The notes under the pieces: model-generated
What the model saw: only the letters and a program-made list of their open reading frames with translations
What the model was told of the DNA's origin: nothing
Databases searched by the model: none
Position numbers and translations under genes: made by a program
UHGV virus genome: UHGV-0135926
From: a virus
DNA length: 17,214 nucleotides
Direction: 5' to 3' (one strand)
Shown: piece after piece, positions 1-6,633 of the stretch
How the letters are laid out: the number at the start of each line of letters is the position of its first letter
Position numbering within the stretch: the first letter of the stretch is position 1

Positions 1-1
1 T

Positions 2-307
2 TTGATAAATTCCGAAGTAAACCCATTTATTCAACAAAACCATTCATTGATGGTTTGTCAGGTTGCGATCAGTCAAGCAGACCATGATTTTCTTGATTGG
101 GACTCCTTTGTAAATTGCATTCAGGCCCATGAAGCATTTGACCTAGAGGTTATCAAAGAGCAGATAGCCGCTGACTATGGTGGGGTTTTGAAGGGGCGTA
201 TTACAGATCAATGTATGCAACAAGTTCGGACTGCTGTTATGGCGTCTAAAACAATGGTAAAACGCCACAAAAGATCGATACTTAATGCGCTTCAACAATA
301 TGAGTAA
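2..307 (+). CDS. Hypothetical protein, possibly 5'-truncated by the window edge (ORF is open to position 2; first in-frame ATG at 50)
   Basis: Open frame from the window edge to TAA at 305-307, followed immediately by a hairpin terminator. AT-richer than the neighbouring operon. No recognisable motif. Confidence 0.4.
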   Translation: MINSEVNPFIQQNHSLMVCQVAISQADHDFLDWDSFVNCIQAHEAFDLEVIKEQIAADYGGVLKGRITDQCMQQVRTAVMASKTMVKRHKRSILNALQQYE

Positions 308-333
308 ACCCGCTATCTGGCGGGTTTATATTC
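306..333 (+). terminator. Rho-independent terminator hairpin between convergent genes
   Basis: Stem aaacccgc (306-313) / gcgggttt (320-327), loop tatctg, followed by tttatatt. Sits between the plus-strand ORF stop and the stop of the minus-strand gene at 342. Confidence 0.5.
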
Positions 334-341
334 AATAAAAT

Positions 342-614
342 TTAGCTAATTTTTCGCTTATCTGTTCTTACTCTCTCCCATTCAATTCTGCCTTCTTCAC
401 GCCGCTGGTCTATATACTCAGCAAGATCCTGAATGTTGATGCAGCGCTTTGCTTTCTGCGATGTTCCTACACGATAAGTTGGGATAGGTAACTGACAGGC
501 ATTTGCTTTCGCTTCTGCTGTGTTAGGGCTCATACCGAAATACTTTTGGCATACCGCTGACAGCTCGATGTTAGGCGTGTTGAACTCAGCCATAAGTAAA
601 AACAAAGTATTCAT
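342..614 (-). CDS. PrtN-family / excisionase-like small DNA-binding protein
   Basis: 90-aa ORF with ATG at 612-614 and GGAG about 8 nt upstream. Sequence (…FGMSPNTAEAKANACQLPIPTYRVGTSQKAKRCINIQDLAEYID…) resembles the pyocin-activator PrtN / Xis-like family from memory. Last gene of the leftward operon. Confidence 0.55.
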   Translation of the reverse strand: MNTLFLLMAEFNTPNIELSAVCQKYFGMSPNTAEAKANACQLPIPTYRVGTSQKAKRCINIQDLAEYIDQRREEGRIEWERVRTDKRKIS

Positions 615-652
615 AGACGTTCTCCATACAACCTGGCTGCACCCAGGGGAAA

Positions 653-1225
653 TTACAGGTCGCTGCTGGTGGCCGGAATCAACTTCTGCCAGATCGCGGA
701 CACGTATTTTGCTTGATGTCGCGCATCGGCCAGTGCGTTATGTGCAACCCCATCGAATGGCATATCTCGCTTTGGATCGAAACCCACCACTCTGCCTAAT
801 GTGACGATGGTTCTGACGTCGTGATCGTTCCAAAATTGCCACGGGCAAACCTGGCCGGCGCGCTCATATGCGCCGCGCAATATAACGTTGTCGAAAGTAG
901 CTCCATTGCCCCAAACTTTTAAATATTTTGGGTTATCAGAATGCCGATTAATGAAATGGCTCAGTTCAGATAGGGCAGACGATATCGGCATCGCATCATC
1001 AACACAGATTGCTGATCGTGCTTCTGAGCTTTGTCCTAACCACCACAGAATAGTGTCACCATCCGGCACCGCTCCCTGCTCCATAGCGCTTTCAAGGTTA
1101 ACGGCGGTGTAAAACTCCTGACCCAATTCACCGCTTTGCGGATCGAAGAATACGGCACCAATGGAGACGATAGGGGCATTCGGTTTTTTGCCCATGGATT
1201 CAAGGTCGATCATTAAGTTGTTCAC
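653..1225 (-). CDS. DEDDh-type 3'-5' exonuclease (DnaQ-like fold, phage-associated)
   Basis: 190 aa. Motifs IDLESMG (Exo I, D-x-E), WGNGATFD (Exo II) and HNALADA (Exo III, H…D) are present. GTG start at 1223-1225 lies 1 nt after the stop of the upstream gene, with AGGAG upstream. Confidence 0.7.
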   Translation of the reverse strand: MNNLMIDLESMGKKPNAPIVSIGAVFFDPQSGELGQEFYTAVNLESAMEQGAVPDGDTILWWLGQSSEARSAICVDDAMPISSALSELSHFINRHSDNPKYLKVWGNGATFDNVILRGAYERAGQVCPWQFWNDHDVRTIVTLGRVVGFDPKRDMPFDGVAHNALADARHQAKYVSAIWQKLIPATSSDL

Positions 1226-1226
1226 G

Positions 1227-2153
1227 TTAAATATTCTCCTGTTTTGGTGCTGCTTTAATCATTGCTGCCCAGCACAACTCAGCCCGGCGCGCCGCCTGGC
1301 GGCATCCACTCAATGCTTCGTATTCCTTCCACTCTTTTTCATCGCTGAAATGCGGATCTGGAACCGATTCGAAGCCGTTAATAATCATGTCCTCGGTCGG
1401 AACGATAGGAACCAGTACGTAACCATCCGGAGTAACCGGAGAGTTGCCCGAGATTGATTCCTGCAATCGTTCCAGCCTCACGTATTCCTGTACGCAGGCG
1501 CCTGAGTAATTATTAAGCCATATAGCAGCCTTTTCTGGTTCTGGCGTATACGTAACTACGTCGCCCGGCTTCCAGCATAGTGCGTACAAGTCGGCGACTG
1601 GTTTAAATTGGGTTTCAGCAAACTTGCAAGCCTGGAGCATGCTTTCTTCGAATTCTGCGACCTGTGGGTCTACTGGCGTAGATAAGTCGCGAACCGCATC
1701 GCCAGCTTGGAGCATGGCGGCGCGGCAGGCGTTCCATCCTCTGACCTCTGCGATTGCAGCTACAGCGTCTATTGCATGCATTTTCGACGCTTCTGGCATC
1801 GGCTTTTCATCTGGCAATACTGGCTCTGCGTTCCTCGATGCCAGCACCTCATCAATCACCTTCAACATATCTGCGAGAATGTAAGCTCTGTTCCCGCCGT
1901 TTGAGTACTGGGTATCATGCTGCAGGTGGTCGCGTATTTGGTGCAGGCGATCGAGTGATACAGGACCGTGCGACGGGTGGTTGTTAGTTGATTTAGAGAA
2001 ATTTCCCCGTTCGTTAATTAAATTACGATGAGTACGCAATTCTCGTAATGCTGAAATTATCTGTGAGAATTTCTCGTCATGAGGCAATGGACCAGAAGAA
2101 TTTACCGCTGATTTAATCAGGCTATCTAACTGCTCATTGGTTATTTTTTCCAT
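1227..2153 (-). CDS. Hypothetical protein (308 aa), no recognisable domain
   Basis: Long ORF. Start chosen at ATG 2151-2153 (MEKITNEQ…), which has AAGGAG 6 nt upstream and overlaps the stop (2153-2155) of the upstream gene. The track's longer start at 2174 has no RBS. Confidence 0.6.
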   Translation of the reverse strand: MEKITNEQLDSLIKSAVNSSGPLPHDEKFSQIISALRELRTHRNLINERGNFSKSTNNHPSHGPVSLDRLHQIRDHLQHDTQYSNGGNRAYILADMLKVIDEVLASRNAEPVLPDEKPMPEASKMHAIDAVAAIAEVRGWNACRAAMLQAGDAVRDLSTPVDPQVAEFEESMLQACKFAETQFKPVADLYALCWKPGDVVTYTPEPEKAAIWLNNYSGACVQEYVRLERLQESISGNSPVTPDGYVLVPIVPTEDMIINGFESVPDPHFSDEKEWKEYEALSGCRQAARRAELCWAAMIKAAPKQENI

Positions 2154-2614
2154 TACCTTCTCCTTATTTCCCAAAGAACGCGTGTAACACCACCATTTCC
2201 TACCGGGTCTCGCTTATCTTTCAGTGCAACGCTTGATGCTGCCCACCCTTTTCTCGCGGGAAGTTCCTTAACCCGGACAAAACCAGCCGCGCGCAGCGAT
2301 GCCCCGGATTCATCCGCTTGGGTGTAGGTTATGCAGCGCTGATAACCCATAGCCTTTGCTGCCCGCCAGATTGCTCCATAAAGAGCGCTGTTAGCGTTGC
2401 GCTCTCCAGTTGTGCAAGTACGGTTAACCTCCAGAGTAAGGCCATCATCGAAATTCCTGGCTATTGGTCTTCCTGCGGTAGCTACGCCAATCAATTCACC
2501 ATCAGAATTTTTCAGACCGATACTAAATTTATGTCCTGTTGGCGGTTTGTTGTGACGGTGATGTTTCGCCACAAATTCTTTGGCAACTTTTAAGGTGATT
2601 GGTGAAATCTGCAT
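2153..2614 (-). CDS. Hypothetical protein (153 aa); possible acyltransferase-like fold (weak)
   Basis: ORF with ATG at 2612-2614, GGGGGAG upstream and its stop overlapping the next start. Family not confidently recognised; the C-terminal …ADESGASLRAAGF… is loosely GNAT-like. Confidence 0.55.
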   Translation of the reverse strand: MQISPITLKVAKEFVAKHHRHNKPPTGHKFSIGLKNSDGELIGVATAGRPIARNFDDGLTLEVNRTCTTGERNANSALYGAIWRAAKAMGYQRCITYTQADESGASLRAAGFVRVKELPARKGWAASSVALKDKRDPVGNGGVTRVLWEIRRR

Positions 2615-3001
2615 TCACTCCCCCTTCACGCCAATGCCAGCGGCGCTCTCAAGTAATTCGTCAGCGGCCTGAATTTCAGGATGTTCGTCATAATCAGGAA
2701 GATAGCGACGGGCTACAGCTGCAAGGCTGTTTAGCACCTTACGGTGGTCTGCTACGCGCTTCTCTGCGGCTTCCAGCTTTTCACGCGCCTCCCGCATATC
2801 GTCACGCATAGCAATCGCAACTGCTTCAAGCGAATCTTTGTCGCGCTGTAGTTGGAGATTCTCATCCAGCAGCGCCAGCACTCGTTGCGCCAGCCAGCGC
2901 TTTTCTTCATCGCCATATGCGTTGTCGGCTATCTCTTTGAGACGCCCTGCTCCAATATCACCGCCATCAGCTCGGTATGCCTGTTTGTTGAGTGCTTTCA
3001 T
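2615..3001 (-). CDS. Ead/Ea22-like coiled-coil early protein
   Basis: 128 aa, charged and alpha-helical (…RWLAQRVLALLDENLQLQRDKDSLEAVAIAMRDDMREAREKLEAAEKR…), resembling the ead/Ea22 family of lambdoid early-left regions. ATG at 2999-3001 overlaps the upstream stop (ATGA). Confidence 0.6.
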   Translation of the reverse strand: MKALNKQAYRADGGDIGAGRLKEIADNAYGDEEKRWLAQRVLALLDENLQLQRDKDSLEAVAIAMRDDMREAREKLEAAEKRVADHRKVLNSLAAVARRYLPDYDEHPEIQAADELLESAAGIGVKGE

Positions 3002-3252
3002 TGGGCTGCTCCCTGTCTGGCGCTATTCAATAGCTGGTTAAACATCATGGTTAAGCTGTTACTGCACCCAAACGGCATATCGTTAACACGGTATGTTGGT
3101 ATGCCCTTGCGAACACCAGACTTCACGATCCGGCCGGTGCCATAGAGTTGCGATAATGCGCCAGCGACCGCGGGTGTCTTTTTGTTCATACCTTTGGCGA
3201 TTTCACCGCTGGTGGTATTCGGATGAGCCTGGAGATATTCAAATACGGTCAT
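2998..3252 (-). CDS. Small hypothetical protein (84 aa), possibly winged-helix DNA-binding
   Basis: ORF with ATG at 3250-3252 overlapping the upstream stop (ATGA); stop overlaps the next start. No firm family assignment. Confidence 0.5.
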   Translation of the reverse strand: MTVFEYLQAHPNTTSGEIAKGMNKKTPAVAGALSQLYGTGRIVKSGVRKGIPTYRVNDMPFGCSNSLTMMFNQLLNSARQGAAQ

Positions 3253-3416
3253 GGCGTTTTACCTTTACGTTCCTGTTCCAGTTGCACCAGAGACTCTTTT
3301 AATGCTGCGAACGTAGCTTCCAGTCTGGTGGCGACTTCGCGCATAAGCGGTGCATGCTTTGGTGGCAATTCAGTAACGGAGGCAAAAGCCTCCGCTACGA
3401 GTTCTTTTACCTTCAT
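3249..3416 (-). CDS. Small hypothetical protein (55 aa), not in the ORF track (below its length cut-off)
   Basis: Hand translation of the minus strand gives MKVKELVAEAFASVTELPPKHAPLMREVATRLEATFAALKESLVQLEQERKGKTP. ATG at 3414-3416 overlaps the TGA of the HD-domain gene (ATGA) and its own TGA overlaps the next ATG, so it fills the gap with perfect coupling. Confidence 0.35.
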   Translation of the reverse strand: MKVKELVAEAFASVTELPPKHAPLMREVATRLEATFAALKESLVQLEQERKGKTP

Positions 3417-3952
3417 GCGGCGCATTGGCGCAGCTCCACCAGTTCGTTAAAGCGATTCATGAACAGGCCATAGGCTTGACCAGGACGGAGAGGAATAACC
3501 TGAACGAGATCAGAGCAGGGAATACCTTCGAGAATTTCCCACTTCGAACCGTCATCGATTTCCAGATCACGGCGCTCGGTAGCTAACATGGTTAGATCGG
3601 CATATTTCACGACGGCAGCTTGCTCAAGCTGGATACCGAATTTAAAGCGGATAAGACCATCAATATAAGTTTCCATGCGCTGGTAGTCAGGCAGCAAGGC
3701 TTTGAGCGGGGCCGGAATATCCTGGCAATATGCCTCCGCAGCGTCGTGCATTAGCGCTTCAAAGGCGAACTCTGGCGGCACAATCTGGCTTACAAGCACA
3801 GAGTGCTGGGCCACACTGTAGAACTCTGGGAGATGCCCAGCGAATCGACAGATGTTGGAAAGAGCAGTCGCGATATCCTCAACATCGATATCGTCGATTG
3901 TGGCGGTCAGGTAGTTAAATTTTTTACCGGAAAATGTCTGAATGTAGCTCAT
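3413..3952 (-). CDS. yfdR: HD-domain phosphohydrolase, YfdR-like 5'-deoxynucleotidase
   Basis: Start chosen at ATG 3950-3952 (MSYIQTF…) with GGAG about 8 nt upstream. H…HD metal-binding signature (…ALMHDAAEAY…). Size (~179 aa) and position after the YfdQ-like gene match CPS-53 yfdR. Confidence 0.75.
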   Translation of the reverse strand: MSYIQTFSGKKFNYLTATIDDIDVEDIATALSNICRFAGHLPEFYSVAQHSVLVSQIVPPEFAFEALMHDAAEAYCQDIPAPLKALLPDYQRMETYIDGLIRFKFGIQLEQAAVVKYADLTMLATERRDLEIDDGSKWEILEGIPCSDLVQVIPLRPGQAYGLFMNRFNELVELRQCAA

Positions 3953-4034
3953 GTCTTTCTCCATATTGGCGCGCTGCACCGCGCAGATTTTGGTTGCACG
4001 AATCCCTCGCCGGTTGGCGATAATTAATGGAATT

Positions 4035-4058
4035 ACGCTTCAATAAATCCCCGCGGCG
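4035..4058 (-). terminator. GC-rich hairpin with flanking A/T runs; candidate partial (bidirectional) terminator inside the leftward operon
   Basis: aaatccccg (4035-4043) / cggggattt (4050-4058), loop cggcgc, located between the YfdQ-like stop (4081) and the YfdR-like start. Confidence 0.4.
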
Positions 4059-4080
4059 CCGGGGATTTAATGCAGAGCAA

Positions 4081-4908
4081 TTAGGCTTTAAAGTTACCGA
4101 TGAAAGTTTCCACTGATTCGCCTTCGAACTTGCTGATCAGCAAATCGCGGAATTCGTTGGCGATCGCTTCTTCCTGAGCTTCAAGTTGGACAATGCGCAG
4201 AACAAAGCAGGGTTCATCGCTAGTCAGCAGGCTGTTACGCAAGCTAAAGCGGCGTTCGCCCAGGCCTTCATACGGCATACATTTGAACTCGAACGCCACA
4301 GGCATTACGTCTTTGCTGCTTGCTTCAACGCTTTGCATCAGCGATTTTTTACCAGCGAAATCACCAGTTTCATGGTCCTGCTGTGTTGCTTGCTGAATAG
4401 TGATACGACGCACAGCCTGAGCCGCCTGGGAAATCTGCATCGTATTGCCATCAGCATCAAACGCCAGCAGGTAATCGCTCCAGTCTTCCAGCCATTCAGC
4501 AATTTGCTTTTGTTTCAGACGTTGACCATCGATCTGCAGTAACGCGCGGAACGGGGCGGTTTTCTTCAGGGTGATTGAAGCAACGTTATCGGCGTGACCA
4601 GGATTATCCAGGGTGCCGATGTTGAACACTGAACGGGCGGTCATGTTGTCAGCGTCAATGAAGCAACGAGCTGGTTCACTGTCGCTGGCGTAACCTTTAG
4701 AATAACGTGCGAAGTCGTCAATACTGGTTGTGGTCATTTCGCCACGAAAGCGGAAACGTTCCAGAGAAAAGCGCTCGAGGCTTTCAACGCCAGTACCCTC
4801 TGGCAGTAATGCGGTCGGGCAAGCCAGGCCATGAATATCATTCAGGTGATAACCGGAAAGAACCAGGTCTTTGACCTGCTTGAAGGTACCGCTGTCTAAC
4901 TGAGACAT
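4081..4908 (-). CDS. yfdQ: YfdQ-family protein (DUF2303-like)
   Basis: 275 aa; ATG at 4906-4908 with AAGGA about 8 nt upstream. Sequence, size and gene order match the CPS-53 yfdP-yfdQ-yfdR arrangement as I recall it. Confidence 0.7.
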   Translation of the reverse strand: MSQLDSGTFKQVKDLVLSGYHLNDIHGLACPTALLPEGTGVESLERFSLERFRFRGEMTTTSIDDFARYSKGYASDSEPARCFIDADNMTARSVFNIGTLDNPGHADNVASITLKKTAPFRALLQIDGQRLKQKQIAEWLEDWSDYLLAFDADGNTMQISQAAQAVRRITIQQATQQDHETGDFAGKKSLMQSVEASSKDVMPVAFEFKCMPYEGLGERRFSLRNSLLTSDEPCFVLRIVQLEAQEEAIANEFRDLLISKFEGESVETFIGNFKA

Positions 4909-4964
4909 AAAAATTCCTTATTAACTGATGATCAAAGTGGTATCAGTGAGTTTGTTGTTGCGGA

Positions 4965-5336
4965 TCACTGAGCCGCTTTAAGCTTTCCATCCACCGCGCC
5001 AGTGATCCCGAACAGCTGACCCTGATCTTCCTGCAGGATGGTGAGCTTCCCGCCTTTGTTGACCCACATCGGGGTTTCGGTTGTGTCCTCTTCGGAGGCT
5101 TTACCACGCGGTGTTGGGGTGCTGTAGTTCAGCTTGTGCTTGATCTTGACGCGCTTCTCTTCAACGGAATTACCCATGCGCTCAAAATCAAAGGTGAGGA
5201 CTACTTTGCCTTTGTTGCCGTTGTTCAGAACGCCAAGCGCGGTGGTGTTAAGTGCTGCCGCGATTTTGTTCATGAACACGCCGGCATCCAGTTCGCCAAG
5301 AAAATCTGGCACTACGGTCATGCGGTCATTACTCAT
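4965..5336 (-). CDS. First gene of the leftward operon; YfdP-like by size and position (123 aa), function unknown
   Basis: ATG at 5334-5336 with GAGGG 7 nt upstream. Not arginine-rich, so not an N-type antiterminator. Confidence 0.6.
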   Translation of the reverse strand: MSNDRMTVVPDFLGELDAGVFMNKIAAALNTTALGVLNNGNKGKVVLTFDFERMGNSVEEKRVKIKHKLNYSTPTPRGKASEEDTTETPMWVNKGGKLTILQEDQGQLFGITGAVDGKLKAAQ

Positions 5337-5466
5337 GGTTTTACCCTCGTTAAGGCGGCTGCCACCGCCGAACTTTCTCCATACTCAACTGGAAGCGCAC
5401 TCCGCTTGTTTCACACCTGTCACCCATAACTGGTAAGTGAAGGAGTGCGCTTTCATGTTGTGATCT

Positions 5467-5517
5467 GAAAAAGGCTGGCGGTTACCGGAAATACACGGGA
5501 AAACACCGGTCCGCCAG
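5467..5517 (-). terminator. Intrinsic terminator in the pL leader (tL-like)
   Basis: Minus-strand RNA: CUGGCGG-ACCGG-(17-nt loop)-CCGGU-AA-CCGCCAG followed by CCUUUUUC. That is 12 bp of stem with a 2-nt bulge. Plus-strand coordinates 5475-5517 for the stem and 5467-5474 for the U-tract. Confidence 0.6.
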
Positions 5518-5797
5518 AACATGGAGTTACTTGTTATTGCTTTAGCCTGCTTTTAACCACATCAGGCGCGGTGGTAGGTATCTTCGGGCGGGGGCCAGTG
5601 ACTAGCTGGCATCCCTACGGTACTTTTCACCGACAACCGCGGGTTAGACGGTTCCGTTTCGTCGGATAGAGCTGTCGACGCTGGTAGTCACTCCAGCCCG
5701 TAACCCCTCCCGAAGACACCTGTCAGCGAATCATCCGGTTATTCATACGTCACCGGCGGCTACTTCGTGGGCGTCCTGCCTGTTCGCTGTTTCGTAT

Positions 5798-5831
5798 AGG
5801 TACATTATGTACCTTGAGGGTACATTGTCAA
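5798..5831 (-). promoter_or_regulatory. pL promoter with overlapping OL operator(s)
   Basis: On the minus strand: TTGACA (plus 5826-5831), 16-nt spacer, CATAAT (plus 5804-5809). A perfect 19-bp palindrome ATGTACC-ttgag-GGTACAT (5807-5825) overlaps the spacer and -10, with an extra half-site forming AGGTACAT-t-ATGTACCT (5798-5814). Confidence 0.6.
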
Positions 5832-5833
5832 GG

Positions 5834-5859
5834 ATAAAAAAACCTGCCGAAGCAGGTTT
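5834..5859 (-). terminator. Terminator of the repressor transcript
   Basis: Stem aaacctgc (5840-5847) / gcaggttt (5852-5859), loop cgaa, followed on the minus strand by a run of seven U (plus-strand A 5836-5842). Sits between the cI stop (5871) and the pL -35. Confidence 0.65.
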
Positions 5860-5870
5860 GTGATGATGGG

Positions 5871-6545
5871 TTAAGGCTTATGCCTGTGCCGTCGTGGTTT
5901 TCCTGAGAAAACAACGGTGCCAATAATCGAGCAATTACCATTGATCCTAATATATGGCTCTGGCCAGTTGGCGTTTAAAGCTTTAAGAAACTTTTCGCCA
6001 CTATCTTCTATTAATCGTTTAAACGTCGTTTCGCCAGAATCATGCATTAAAGCAATAACATCATCGCCATGAGAAGCTGCAACCTCTGGATCTACAAAAA
6101 TCATATCGCCAGGACGATACTCATCGATCATTGAATCACCAATGACGCGTAAGATATAAGTCATTGGCCCGCACGGAACGGGACAAGGATATGTTTCTAC
6201 ACTACTCAAATCTACCTCTGCATAACCAGCATCCGTCCATGCTCCGGCTTGCACCCAGGATATAACCGGGACCATCGTAATTGATCTTTTAACGTCTGAA
6301 ACGTCGGGTGATTTAGCAATGTTGGTAGTTTGATGTTCGGTATCTAGCCAACCTTGAGGCAAGTCAAAACATTTTTCGATATGCCTTGCCATAGCGTCAC
6401 CAATACCTTTGGTGGCACCTTCACCCATAAACCGGCTGGTTTGTGTAGGTTCACGATCGATCATGTTAGCGAAGTAGCTATTACCCCCAACACCATCTCT
6501 CAATTTTCGGGCGTTTAATCGCCTGATTTCCTGGATAGTTTTCAT
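5871..6545 (-). CDS. cI: CI-type repressor with C-terminal LexA-like S24 peptidase domain (SOS-cleavable)
   Basis: C-terminal half resembles P22 C2 / lambda CI (ISWVQAG…, RVIGDSM with catalytic Ser, TFKRL with catalytic Lys, …INGNCSIIGTVV). N-terminal XRE-like HTH. ATG at 6543-6545 chosen over the track's TTG at 6560 because the putative pRM places the TSS on that ATG. Confidence 0.85.
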   Translation of the reverse strand: MKTIQEIRRLNARKLRDGVGGNSYFANMIDREPTQTSRFMGEGATKGIGDAMARHIEKCFDLPQGWLDTEHQTTNIAKSPDVSDVKRSITMVPVISWVQAGAWTDAGYAEVDLSSVETYPCPVPCGPMTYILRVIGDSMIDEYRPGDMIFVDPEVAASHGDDVIALMHDSGETTFKRLIEDSGEKFLKALNANWPEPYIRINGNCSIIGTVVFSGKPRRHRHKP

Positions 6546-6551
6546 CAGCAA

Positions 6552-6630
6552 ATTAAACAATGTGTACCTCTATGGTACAAGTACCTTGTGGGTTCATTTC
6601 TTTCGTGTAATATGTACACAGGAGGTACAT
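6552..6630. promoter_or_regulatory. OR region: three 19-bp operators, pRM (leftward) and pR (rightward)
   Basis: Operators GTGTACC-tctat-GGTACAA (6562-6580), AAGTACC-ttgtg-GGTTCAT (6579-6597), ATGTACA-cagga-GGTACAT (6612-6630). pRM on minus: TTGTAC (6575-6580), 17 nt, TTTAAT (6552-6557), 6 nt, then ATG. pR on plus: TTGTGG (6586-6591), 16 nt, TAATAT (6608-6613). Confidence 0.55.
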
Positions 6631-6633
6631 ATT

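Noticed and set aside
520-2000. Plus-strand ORFs (520-804, 888-1112, 1161-1457, 1624-1884, 1707-1904, 1754-1987) within the leftward operon
   Set aside because: All are antisense shadows of the exonuclease and 308-aa genes, with no RBS and no recognisable motifs.
5134-5436. Two plus-strand ORFs of about 100 aa running from inside the YfdP-like gene into the pL leader
   Set aside because: They are antisense to a well-supported gene and run through the structured leader; no start signals. The leader is better explained as non-coding RNA.
5540-5760. GC-rich non-coding block as a possible tRNA or attachment site
   Set aside because: No cloverleaf-compatible arrangement or tRNA-like conserved boxes were apparent by eye, and the location is internal to the phage immunity region. 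I could not run a tRNA scan, so this is not fully excluded.
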